Both the position numbers and the translations under genes were made by a program. 64,000 nt of DNA from Octopus bimaculoides (lineage: Eukaryota). Numbering within the stretch: the stretch's first letter is position 1; each line of letters opens with the position of its first letter. Location: positions 127,983,121 through 128,047,120 of the forward strand of contig NC_068983.1 of assembly GCF_001194135.2 (NCBI RefSeq). Reading direction: 5' to 3'. The notes below the pieces were generated by a model. It saw nothing but the letters and a program-made list of their open reading frames with translations, was not told the origin of the DNA and ran no database searches. Positions 1 through 13,040 of the stretch are shown here, in pieces.

Positions 1-1924
1 TGTAAATAATTAATAAGATTGCATCCTACATGTGGAACTAATTAGGTGTCAGACTATACTAGTCATCAATGTTTCTATTTTAATTCTGATATTGTATTTA
101 AATTGTCATATATCAGTCATCAACCTTCATCCAAGCAAGTTTTGTTCCATTTTTCAAGTGTGTGTATATGTATGTATGTATGTATGCATGAACGCATACA
201 TTACATACGTATATATGTTGTGTTGACGCCCTCAGCGAAGAAATGGGGTCTCCCAAGACATATAAAAAGAAGTAATCTGGCCGTGGTAGGTGTATTGAGT
301 AGCAGTCGAGGAGCAGTTGTGTAGCGGTTGAGTAGAGATCACCTGAAGGTGCTTGATAGCAGTAAATTGAGAAATAACAGTGGCGACGAGGATTTCGAAG
401 CTCACACAGCCACTGGTAGTATTTGAGACATAACAATATACAAATGCATGAACTTGAGATTTTATTGCCAGAGATTTCAAAGTTTATAACAATGAATACA
501 TCAAGACATTTAGATTAACAATAATAATATTACTAACATCTTCCCTTACACGAGTGGATAATACTTTCTGCGTTGAATACACACGTAATTTATGCCTTAA
601 AAAATATCTGTAAATGCGTAAATGTCTGTGTTCGTTGACTGTAAAAGCATACATAGCAGATTAAGATAATATTTTCGTTGTGGAAACCTGAGTTTGGTAG
701 CGCTACGTGGCTTCTAGCGCATATTTACCGCAATTCCCAAGTCCAGCATTATTACATATTTATCTTAGGAAATATAAACACGGGAAAGTCTTAATTGCTT
801 GTTAATCGTTGTATGATTAAATGTTGTAACTAGTGCATATATTTCAAGTACTTCCTGTAGAGTGGAGAGCAATGCCAATAGCTATTCTTTGGGTGTCTGT
901 CTGCTGAGAGTAACGTACTTTCATTTGTGACTTGACATAGTTCTATATTTTGAAAGGTATTTTGAAGTTCTAACTGATTTTAGTATCGATTCCTTAGGGC
1001 TAGAAACACGGAACCTATATTATATATCTGTATTTAAATGGAATCAACACCAGTGTAAACGTTCATATTCATTTTACTACGTTTGTTTAAATGAGATGTA
1101 GCATCTCCCCTTATAGAAAATTGCACTTGCTGGAGCAACCGCATTCGTATGAGCATGACATTTAGAGCAACATTGTAGAGTTTCTGTAAAACATTCAGAT
1201 TAATACAATATAATATATATTCCTTCATACGATATATTCCCCCAGCATGCCTCAGTGGAAAAGCAAATTTGGCCAGAACACTGGTTAGTATTGCAAGTAT
1301 TATTTTGCAAATATTTTTGTTGCTGTCAAATATTTCGCTTCGGTTGCGACTAGTATCAATTCTTATTGCTACCTTCCTTTCTTCATATTGTAACACAACT
1401 GATAGATTCTGTTTTTCTTATGCTATTTTCATAAGCAATAACAAATGTTCTAAGTATCAACTTACTTCAATTTACACACAACAAATGAAGTATAGTAACA
1501 TGAAATCCTCAGATACTTGAGTATAATAACACATTGTTATTACATTATTTTAAGTTTGTTGTCAAACTGAATTATTTTCTGAACAGAATGTATCTCACCT
1601 TAGATGATTGTCCTCAGTGTAATATTATATAATGCGCCAAATTGCAACGTAAGTAACATCACCTCAAATATTGATGCATTATACGAGATCTTACGCGAAA
1701 ATACAGAGGTAGAACAGAATTGATCTACTATTTACTATAGAACTTACTTTTGAAAGCGTGATTGATTTGAAAGTCTTGGAGGAAATTCTAATCATAACTC
1801 GTAATTGAAATCAGTATTTACAATATTAATAACAATGCGAATAATAAAAGTAATAATAATTTTGATATTACATTGACAAAAGGCTATACAATTTCAGAAG
1901 ATCACAGTCGTTTAAATCAACACC

Positions 1925-2000
1925 AATACTTAATGGGAAATTAATTTATTGAACTCAGAAAGTTGAAAGACAAACATGACCTCGGTGTCTGAAACGTAGA
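1925..2000 (-). mobile_element. SINE family B fragment
   Basis: TTAATTTATTGAACTCAGAAAGTTGAAAGACAAACATGACCTCGG aligns with 24960-25005. Confidence 0.45.
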
Positions 2001-2659
2001 TCGTAAATCGATCTAATAGCTATTATCACAAGAGTTTCTCCGAAAACATCTAGGCTGTCATGGAACATCATTACTACTACAACAACTGCAACTACTAATA
2101 TTACTAATAATAATAATACATTTAAAATTAGTGGTAGTCAGGGTTCCATTTTAAACATGTTTTTACACCTACAATGCGCAGCATTATAATCATAGAGGGT
2201 TGCAACTCATTTTTTGTCCAGCTTTACACGGATTGGACAAACAAGCTTATTTGATTAACAATAAGGAAGAACTGAGGGCATTGTATAATGAATCGACCAA
2301 ACTCAAGAAATAATAAATCAAATAATTAAAACAACATATTCCGATATAAAATGTATTTTTAAATAACGTTTCTCCTGAGTGGGCCGAACCACCAATCTGT
2401 GATAGACCTCACGACTCAGGACTTTTATTTTCTGCTTCTATTGAGACTGAAAAATATTAGACCCAATGTTGCTTGAAGCGGACTGTGTAATACATTTCCA
2501 TTGCACATTTGTGCAGTTTCTTTACGATAATAGCCAGTTTCGTGAGCACTACAATAATATTAATAAGAATACATATATGAATACATACGTTAGTGCGAAT
2601 TTACAAGAAGAAAAAATATTGAAATGTGCAAAGAAAACATCTGGTTTTGTATATTCATT

Positions 2660-2700
2660 ATTGAGTAAAAATTGAGTAAAATTGAGTAAAATTGAGTAAA
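2660..2700. repeat. 10-bp minisatellite (ATTGAGTAAA) x4
   Basis: Directly visible. Confidence 0.95.
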
Positions 2701-2779
2701 AATTAAAGATGTATTATATATAAAACTGTATATAACATACAATAATAAAGACATTATTCAAATAATAAGAATGAAAATA

Positions 2780-3250
2780 ACTGACAACCTAACTACGGTT
2801 GGGAATCTGCAATCTAGCTTGGATCAACGCAGGCCACTACATTGGCCATCTGTCACATTTAAAAATATATTAGACGCGAATGTCTCGTCGGGCGTTTTGA
2901 TGTATGACTTGAGCATCAAGAAGACTTCAACATCCTCTAAAAAGCTTCATCTTAGCTGTTCATGGCTTTATATATATAGTATTTTTCTTGCGCGTTCCAC
3001 ACATATGAGATATCTACTTCTTACTCATCAGATTGCAACTCCCTTCTCGTTCCTTGATTTCTTTTAGCAGCTCCGTTCATTCTTTTGTTGGGTAAAGAAT
3101 AATTAAATTTTATTCGACGTGCTGAGAAATGAGTTTTGCACATTTGATTGTCTATCATCCTGCATATTACAACTGTATACCCAAACCTACCAATGATATT
3201 TTGGGGCTGGCCATGTTAAATATAAACCGTTTGGAGATGTTTCCGTTTTA
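2780..3250 (-). mobile_element. Possible very old LINE (RTE/jockey-like) fragment
   Basis: Broken peptides ELLKEIKERE and KRPTRH loosely resemble the RT thumb/C-terminal region; many stops. Confidence 0.2.
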
Positions 3251-4460
3251 TGCCAAATTAAATTATTAAAGGTATTCATCAAGATTCCATAGTTAACTTT
3301 TATTTTATGTATTAACATTTTCCATTTTATCTATGATCATTTCCAATATGAAGGACATATTTCTCAATCTAACTTGCATGGACTCAATATCATCCTAAGT
3401 AATTATATACTTCATATATTTTGCTTTCTTTTTCATCTCGTCTACCTCGTTATATTATTTTTTAATTTCCTCCTTTTCTTTTTTTCTTTTTTTACTAAAC
3501 TAGTTCTGTTTCACATATTTAGCCATCGTTTGGGATACATTATCCTTAAGAGTGTAGCTTTGGCAAAGCCCACTTCTAGGATTGCTGACGAAGCAATGTC
3601 CATCTACATTCCAACTGATTCTATTGACAGTGCATTCACACTGGTAAACTTCGAGATATATTGTTGTTGCTACTACCTGCCAGTTCCGCTGCACCTCATT
3701 GTTGTCTTTTTTTTATGTTTATAAAACCTGTGACGTTGTTAGCCCCCATATATCTTTTGATGTGACAAATACAAAATCTGGTATATCAAAATACCGCCAT
3801 CTCTTTATGAAAAGGAGTTTATCAACGCCCTCCTTCCCCAATCTTCTACAACGACCCTCCTTCCTCACTCTTCTATGTTAGGAAACCTTTGAAGCACAAC
3901 TGTATGGCATATGTTCCTCGCCTAGACTTGGTTATACCTAACACTTCTCATTGAATAATCACACAATTGTTAAGTAAAATATGTTATGTATTTAACGTTT
4001 GAAATTCTTGTCCCTACCAAAAGCCACAAAAATATCATTCTTCATTTTTTTCTCAAAACGTTTTTATTCTAATTTTCAGCATTTTCTACATTTTATTAGT
4101 CTAATGCGTTCTTTCTGCGCAGATTGGAAAACATATTATTCAATTGTTTTTTTTTATTCACTTATAGATAATTTGCATTGAATGTCAGCTGAAAAATAAA
4201 ACAAAACAGATAAAATTTGTATATAATTTGCACCAAAAGTTGAGTGAAAACATCAACAACATACAAACTACCTTTAATTTAGTACATGGTAGAGAAATGA
4301 TGGAGAAATATCATCCATTTCTTGAAAATGGAGCCAAAAAAATTATTCCAAAACGGAACCATTATAAAGCACGTAATGTCATGACCAAATAGAAAATGAC
4401 AGTTACTACATCTACTACTGCTGCTGTTGTGGCTACTACTGACAATAATTATAATAAAAT

Positions 4461-4461
4461 G

Positions 4462-4514
<53 letters not shown>

Positions 4515-4662
4515 CCACAACAACAATAATAATAATAATAACAACCGCAACAACAACAATAATAACAACCACAACAACAACAATAATAATAACAACCACA
4601 ACAACAATAATAATAATAATAATAACAAAAACAACAATAACGACAACAACAACAACAACAAC

Positions 4663-4698
<36 letters not shown>

Positions 4699-4699
4699 T
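4461..4699. repeat. Compound (AAT)n/(AAC)n microsatellite
   Basis: Directly visible; source of the poly-N/I/T/L ORFs. Confidence 0.98.
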
Positions 4700-6675
4700 T
4701 GATGAAAATGATAAGGAATTTGTTTACTTTACAGAGCCAAATAAATGATTTTCAATTTACAGTAATTAATTACATTTCTCCAATATTCAATATTGGACTA
4801 TATAATTATCTGTGAAATGATTATGCATTTGACCTATAAATTATCCGAAAATAATAAGGTTTCTACAAATGAACTTTCCTTTTATCGTTTTGTTAACTTA
4901 TTATTAGAAATCCAAATGAACCTAAATTGTTTCTATTAAAAAAATACACAATTATCTGTTAAGAAACTAAATAAATTTCTGAAGAAGCAACCCATACTCT
5001 ATCAACAGCGATATATTTATAACCAAAAGAGTTTTAAGTATCGATTTACAAACAGAATTTTCTTTTGTGGCAGTAAATGTTTTTCATATTTGATATAATG
5101 AAAAACTTGGCCGATTTTCCTTAGCTAAACATAAGTATTTAGAATTAAAATGTCAAGTACAGATCTATATCATTATATCAATAAATTAATAATCATATTG
5201 CAGGTTCTTCGACAGAGGACAGTGAACTGTAAACATTTAAAAATACGAAAGAAAATAAATTTCCTCTGAAAATCCTCATATTGTCAATCTGTTATCTAAA
5301 AAGGAATTTATTGCAATCCTTTTAATATAGCACAAACATTTCATTATCCAAAATAGTTGTGAAATATATAATTGCTGTTCTCCATCTGTCTTATAGTTAC
5401 AGTACAGCCGCCCAACTGCTGCAAACTTGTCTGTTATCGTAACGCGTACCATACTTTCATGAATTTTATCAACCAGCCGCTTATACAATACAGTACCATA
5501 TATTTGATCTTGCGGATCTTTCAGCGTATAATATCTGGAGGTGGGACGGTACTAGCAATCAGTTGTTACTTATTACTGCTGAGCGAGCTGGAATAACATA
5601 AAGGACACTCGTGGATCCCAGTTCCTGAATTGGGCGTATGGTGTTATAATTATGAATCAAGGTACCCTCTAAACATTAGGCTACAGTTCTTAACCAGTCA
5701 TTGTATAAATTCTGGTATGTGCAACATTGCATTTCTTGTTGCCTGCGCATATATCTCTGATTCAGAGGAATGTTTCTGTCGTTCGTTATACAAGTAAACA
5801 AAAGCAAACCTCCTCCAAAGCTGATTAGGAGGAACTCGATTCAGAGACAGACCTGCGAGAGATATCAAAGTACCAAAATTGCTTCATGTGAAATTCAATA
5901 CTCGTTGACAATATATCTGCAATTACATTTATTAATCCCCGACCAATTAGAAATTTTGTCATTTGTTGGTACCTGAATCTTTCATCGCTTATGAAGAAAG
6001 AACAGAGAAAAACAATTTCTAATTGACCTTCTGTCATATTGCCAACGTGACCATCCACTACTCGACAAAGTGTATGTCGTCAGCCTATAATGCATTGACC
6101 TGTCAAAATTGCTTATCATCGTATGATTGGAGGTCAGAAACAGATCTGACCAAGTATAGATATACGAGATTACTTAATAATATAAACTGCGATAGCAACA
6201 AGGATTATAGCAACGACAGCAATGAAGAAATGAGTTTCGTATTTCAATAGGTTTTCAGTGATTACTACTTGTTGATATTACTCTGAATTCTGCAATCTTA
6301 AATTAACTTTATAGAGATCTTACACTCACGTATTGCAAATAGACGCATTAATGAAGCGTTAAGGTTAGTAAAGGCTACGAAATCTCTTCATAATTATCTA
6401 TTGCCTTTATAAACTCAATAATTCCCTTAACTTTTATCTAGTTTTCATCAATTCATCTTTGGTATCTAAGCTATCTATAACGGATATCATAGAATTGATA
6501 TGAAATATGGAGGAAATCATGAAATATCTACCACGTCCATAGAATCCAGTATAGCGGTATCAATACAATTGCTGCCTAAAATATACGACGCTATATTATG
6601 TAATATTATTATTCCTTATTCCATATGTATATTGAGTTACATAATCTGGCTCACTATACTAAAAAGTAAATTTTT

Positions 6676-6830
6676 TGGTAAGTAGCTTGCTTGCCAACCA
6701 CATGGTTCCGGGTTCAGCCCCACTGCGAGGCACCTTGGGGAAGTGTCTTTTCCTTTAGCCTCGGGCCGACCAAATCCTTGTGAGTGGATTTGGTAGACGG
6801 AAGCTGAAAGAAGCTTGTCGTATATGTGTT

Positions 6831-6919
<89 letters not shown>

Positions 6920-7126
6920 ATGTTTGTGTTTGTCCCCCCAACATCGCTTGACAACCGATGCTGGTGTGTTTACGTCCCCGTAACTTAGCGGTTCGGCAAA
7001 CTAGATCGATAGAATAAGTATCAGGCTTACAAAGAATAAGTCCTGGGGTCGATTTGCTCGATTAAAGGTGGTGCTCCAGCATGGCCGCAGTCAAATGACT
7101 AAAACAAGTAAAAGAGTAAAAGAGTA
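6676..7126 (+). mobile_element. tRNA-derived SINE family A, full-length, with internal (TA)n/(GT)n
   Basis: Head with GGTTCAGCCC B-box-like motif, body TGGTGTGTTTACGTCCCCGTAACTTAG, tail CCAGCATGGCCGC...(GTAAAAGA)n. A homologous copy lies at 41771-42136. Confidence 0.85.
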
Positions 7127-7959
7127 TGCAATGAAAGATAGATCGTAATTTAAAACCATGTGTGATATGCTTTAGGCCATTTCACCTAGCTCTACGCCTC
7201 TGACGAATTCTAATTTACAATCTAGTATTTTACGTTTTTAAACGTGCCACATATTTTTTAAAAAATCTCATAAAATTCCATTAAGATATGGTATATTAAT
7301 ATAAGATGCATGCTTAAAAAATATAATTACAATAATACAATTTTATTGTGTTGAAAAATGATGTTGCTTTAACAGTCGAGAGGAATGAGTGAATGAACAT
7401 GAATTACTCACTTTCGGTTGTTTATTTATTTATGTACTAATTTATTAAGTGTTTGAAGTTGATAATATGTGTTGGCGCGAGAAAGGTAATTATACACTAA
7501 AGTGTGTTTCGGATTTAGAGCCATTTTAATATAGAACTTGCTATGTTGACTTGAAATACATTTCCTTCTAAGAAGCTGAAGGAAAGTTCGGTAATGACAA
7601 TTTCAGTTTGACTTGCTAGAAGAAATCTGTAACGATTTCTTCTGTATAAGTGTTGACCAGTCCAACATTAATATCCTAAACTGAAGGGTTGTGTAAATGG
7701 GGCAACTGTTTAAATCCACCATACACGCATTTAAACAATCCTTCTGATAGACGTTCACAAAATTCCACTCAATCTGATAGATTTGACGAGAAAACATTCC
7801 TGGAATTCTTACTATAACATATTATGTGAAAATATAATGCGGGAATTTAAGAAACGAAAACGATCTTGGCTGGATTAAATTTCACCCTGGGCCTGTTCTT
7901 CCAGTGTGTATGATTTTAGATTAAACAGTAACATTAGAGAGTACTTAGAAAGAGATTGC

Positions 7960-8250
7960 GACTCCGTTGATTATAACGATGAGGTTTCCAGTTGATCTGA
8001 TCCCCGAAAAAGCTTGCCCCTGTCATTAACGTGCAAGGGACTGAGAATTCCACAACCACACACGCGTACCCTTAACGTAGTTATCGGGGAGATTCAGCGT
8101 GACACAGAACGTGACAAGGCTGGTCCTTTGAAATACAGTTGCTACTCAGTTTTGCTACCAAAGTGGACTGGAACAACGTAAAATAAATTGTGTTGCTCAA
8201 TGTGACAACTCGTAAATGGGAATTGAACTCACGATCGATATATCGCGAGT
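7960..8250 (-). mobile_element. tRNA-derived SINE family C
   Basis: Reverse complement has a GAGTTCAATTCCC B-box followed by TTGAGCAACACAATTTATTTTACGTTGTTCCAGTCCACT. A related fragment lies at ~44310-44400 (GAACGTGAAATGCAGTGTTTTGCTCAA). Confidence 0.65.
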
Positions 8251-9302
8251 CTACAAACGTGTGTTTGATTAAACGTTCTTACTTTCAGGAAGCTGTAAGA
8301 GTCAATTGAGCAATGGAGTACTTTCAGAAAAATCTTCAATTACAATAACATAAATCAAATTTTTTATAGCATCTATATTCCATGTCATGTTCATTAATAT
8401 AGTAAGAGTTAAATACAAAATTCCTCCATATAATTATTCGGTTGTTATATCCGTGTACAGAATTATGATTTATTTCATGTTATTATGAATATTTCAGTCA
8501 TGATAAATCTCTCCAATAAATGTCTCATAAACGCGTGCATTTTTTAAATATATATTTCGAGTTGTTTTATTTTTAAGCAAATTCCCTCACGTTTTTAATG
8601 ATCAACATAATTTCCTCGTGTTCTTTGATCACGACCACATTTTAGGTTTAGCCTAAATTTACAAGAATCACGAGCACCGTCATTATTTTTCCTATTTTTA
8701 TTGAATTATACTTTGATTCAAAAACCAAGAGCAGGTATTCCTTACGGTAAGGAGGATTAATGAATATATCCTTCATCAGTATGCAAATCAATTTAATTCA
8801 AATTTAAACGAAACATGCACCTTATTTCTGATTATAGAAATAAAAACAATGTGGCACAAATAAAACACATATTCTCATAAGTACACACACACAGCGCGCA
8901 CAAACGTAGGTATGTATGAATGCATGTATTTGTACGCACGTGTGAGTAAGGAAAGTAATAAGTGAAAAAATAAACTAAATTTCATATATATAATATGTGT
9001 GTTCAGGAGTTTTGTATTTAAACATATTTNNNNNNNNNNNNNNNNNNNNNNNNNNNNNNNNNNNNNNNNNNNNNNNNNNNNNNNNNNNNNNNNNNNNNNN
9101 NNNNNNNNNNNNNNNNNNNNNNNNNNNNNNNNNNNNNNNNNNNNNNNNNNNNNNNNNNNNNNNNNNNNNNNNNNNNNNNNNNNNNNNNNNNNNNNNNNNN
9201 NNNNNNNNNNNNNNNNNNNNNNNNNNNNNNNNNNNNNNNNNNNNNNNNNNNNNNNNNNNNNNNNNNNNNNNNNNNNNNNNNNNNNNNNNNNNNNNNNNNN
9301 NN

Positions 9303-9336
<34 letters not shown>

Positions 9337-10282
9337 TGCCTGCATATATGCAGAAATGCACAACACTCACATATGTTCACGCATTAAAGATTCCTAATAC
9401 TCACACGATCATTTCATGTACACGGAATATGTGCTCTCACACGAAAATACATTACTTGTACGGACATATAATTACATAGAAAGCCTTCTGTTTTTTCTAC
9501 AACCTTCCACTCTGTATTTCATCGTTACACTTTCTGTATCTTGTTTTCCTGAAAACGTACGTTCGCCCGACATTGAATCAATAACACCAATACAAAAACC
9601 TATAGGTTATTGAACATGCTTCCAGAAGCTATCTTCAAATTTATCATATGATGTCTGCTTCAATCGTAAAAAGAAGAAGCATTAAATTTACGTCAGTAAT
9701 AAAAACGAGAAATTCATGTTACTAAGTACACATTTATTCCGCCCTTTGTTCTCTCCGGGAAAAACTAAACTTTTAATTATTAAGAACGTATGAAACGCAT
9801 TTTCGTACTTCTATAATTACCTGAGTTTTTTTTCCTTCAAATCCTGCAACCTTTTATGTGTCTTTAGGCCTCAGATCAGATTCGTCTTCATGCTAAGTAT
9901 CTTTGAAAGTCAGTGTGTGCAGAGAATTGAAGCTATAAAGCTGAAACAATCTTCCGTAATTGAATACCTGGATAAATATGGGGAAAATCTGACAGTCATG
10001 GGAAACGATAGATGAAAGATACATGCACTCTGTATGAACTTTTCACGTCAGTCGTGATTCATTGCGATTTTATTACTTTTTAATTAGCAATTGCACTATT
10101 ACTAAAACATGATGTTCGTTAAGTGCGATGTGCATAGAATACATTCCTAATTCTAGCATAACGAGCGACCGAACATATATTCCTCCAATGGCACACAAAC
10201 TCACCTTTCGTTCAGAATATATAACTGGTTATAGGTGATTGTTTGTGTAGGAATGTGCATACACACACACACACACACACAT

Positions 10283-10340
<58 letters not shown>

Positions 10341-10968
10341 GGGGGGTGTATGATAGATTGCTAGCTACTACACATCCTTTTTTCTCTCTTTGTTTCTTTC
10401 TGTGTTCCTTTCGGTGGAAAAGCGCGCGCGCGCGCGTATGAATGAATGTATGATGCACACTACATTGTAAAGTTTAAGAGACGTTTTTCCATGTATTTCA
10501 GTAGTGGTATTATCAGATTTAAGCATCTTTCTCCAGGATTCATTAAGTATATATGTTCGACATACTCACATCACAGATAGAGTAATTGAACTAACGATAT
10601 ATCTTCTATATGGCTGCTAGAATGAGTAAAAATAGCAACCAAATCTCTTCGAAGAACGACGTTCCTAAGGATTTGTACTTAAATACATCTTGAGAAGACT
10701 GAAGTGTGGATGGCCATGTTGGACCGTCTTACATCACCGTTTTCGTCGCTCCAGTTTGACATGGAGTTTAACATAAAAGCAACTCGATGATGCTCTGAGT
10801 TTAATGCAAGCTACATGAATATTCCCTGAGTAATCATGTTTTGTGATCTCAGTGCATATGTGTCGATAATTTGCTATTCATTTATCCAATAATTCATTAA
10901 TTTAAGTAAAATTTCGCATTAACTTAGCAGATGTTAAAACAGACAGCCATCAATAGCATACAACTTAC

Positions 10969-11105
10969 AATCGATTGAAACAGTTGAAGGTTATTCGTTT
11001 TTCAAAGTCTCTCATCAATATAAAGCCGAGTAATATTGCGCATGATGTAATCCAAAGAAATGCAGTTTTCTCTGCTGTGTGCAAAGAAGACATTTTCAGA
11101 GACAT
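10969..11105 (-). CDS. Candidate first coding exon of an unidentified signal-anchor/secreted protein
   Basis: Minus strand: TGTTATTTTCAG acceptor (exon start 11250), ATG at 11105 giving MSLKMSSLHTAEKTAFLWITSCAILLGFILMRDFEKRITFNCFNR, then TT|GTAAGT. No downstream exon identified. Confidence 0.3.
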
Positions 11106-11669
11106 GTTCTGATTTGATTATATAAAAATGAGTAATAATATGGAATTCCATACAAATTAAATCATTGTCTAGATTCCTAGAATTTAGCAGAAATATTAAA
11201 TTATGTCCTGAAGGTATTACTGGGAAATACGTAACGAATATATATCTCAACTGAAAATAACAACACACAGCTGAATCTTACGAATTATATTTTCCTGTAG
11301 CAAATTGAAGCTGCATGATTACAAAGACTGCAAACCAATAGAATTACGGAGAAGATTTGATGCGCATTGATTATGAAAGTAAATTGCATAGTTAGGACGA
11401 TTTCCATGTGTAACCAGTTATCGTATTGTAAAGAGATGAAATTATATGTGGGGAATATCCAGGTTTATACTGACACCCAAATTACACTTTTGGCCTGGAG
11501 TTTTCTCTTTTACAAACTGCATCACACTCATACACACACACATTCATGCGTATATATATTTGAATATATTCGTCTGAATATGTATAAACCTGTGTGTATG
11601 TGTGTGTATATGCTTGCACGCACACGAATATATATATGTGATACATTTTATACGTGTATATATACATAC

Positions 11670-11726
<57 letters not shown>

Positions 11727-12301
11727 TACATATGATGATACTCATGGAGTATCATCAGTAGTTAAGTGAGGATAATAGACATGTTGTTATATTAATAATA
11801 TATCGTCGCTGCACAATTGTGATTGCATGTAGAACTTGTAATACCAGCAATCACAGCAACATGTTAGCTTTGTTTATTGCCTACACGCTTGGACAGCAAT
11901 CCTTCTTAGGTCCAAGTAACCTTCCCTGTGAAAAGCAAACCCAATGAGTGCTACTACAGCAATCGCTATAGAAATATATGGTTCCGATATATACTTAAAG
12001 CCTTCAGTGCGCTCGAAGTGGAAGGCCGCATTTGTTTTGTGATCATATGAGCATAGGTACCACAATCTTTCTTTTACACCAAATATTATATTTTTTGTAT
12101 AATTTACATATGGATTACACCGCGCAACAAAGTATTTCCCGAAAATAGTTTGTTAAATTGTATTTATACCTCTTTTCATGACAAGCAGAATATTTTTTTT
12201 ATCCTAATTGCTACTGTTTTGCGACATTTTATATATTTTATATGTGATATTTGCATAAACTTCGCAGGAACATAACATTCACACACACACACACACACAC
12301 A

Positions 12302-12336
<35 letters not shown>

Positions 12337-12346
12337 NNNNNNNNNN

Positions 12347-12393
<47 letters not shown>

Positions 12394-12555
12394 TGCGCAT
12401 AGAATTTTGGATAATGAAAACGACTTTCGATAATGTACATCTGTCAGAATGTCAATGATGTCTACGATATACTTTCCTGCGTCGGAATTGTTTCCTCAGA
12501 ATAACATTCGCTAAAAGAGATGATTCTGAGGAGTTTTCTAAGTTATAAAATACAT

Positions 12556-13040
12556 GGACTGGTAGAATCGTTAGCACTCCAGGCATAACGCTTACCAGTA
12601 TTTCGTCCGTCTTTTGGTTGTGCGTCGAAATTCCGCTGACGTCGACTTTGCATGTCATCCTTTCAGGGTCGATAGATTACGTACTAGTTGAGTACGTAGG
12701 TGCATGCAATAGGCTTAACTACTCCATCTAAATTTCACGCTTTGTGAATTGTAGAATGGATTATTATTACGGCAGCTAGCTGGTAGAATCATTAGCACAA
12801 CGGGCAAAATGCTTAGCGGGATTGCGTCCATCTTGAGGTTGTGAGTTCAAATGCTGCTGTGGTCAAATTTGCCTTTCGGGGTCAGTAAAGCAAGTCCTAG
12901 TGAAACACTGGGGTCAGTGTAATTGACTAGTCAACTCCACGTTCATCGACTAGTCCACTTTCAGGCATTTAATAAAAAGGATTATTTTTATCATTTTTAT
13001 TATCATTGCGGCTAGCTGGCAGAATGGTCAAGGTATTTCA
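12556..13040 (+). mobile_element. Tandem cluster of SINE family B copies (12556-12696, 12771-12990, partial 13007-13040)
   Basis: Three CTGG(T/C)AGAAT heads; the first two continue into the B-box and CTTT(C)GGGGTC-like body. Confidence 0.75.

Noticed and set aside
236-290. KKWGLPRHIK peptide resembling a hemopexin-repeat GFPRxVK motif
   Set aside because: No DAA motif follows, the frame stops soon after, and no other MMP catalytic or hemopexin exons are nearby.
4396-4815. 139-aa poly-Asn ORF (prion-like appearance)
   Set aside because: Pure (AAT/AAC)n microsatellite, open in several frames on both strands, with no splice or domain context.
9868-10015. + frame with VIEYLDKYGENL, resembling the MMP propeptide YLxKYGYL
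   Set aside because: Lacks GY(L), runs to a stop with no suitable donor, and has no signal peptide upstream.
10422-10437. (CG)n tracts here and at ~44685 and ~52592 as Z-DNA elements
   Set aside because: Short derivatives of adjacent (CA/GT)n microsatellites with no evidence of function.
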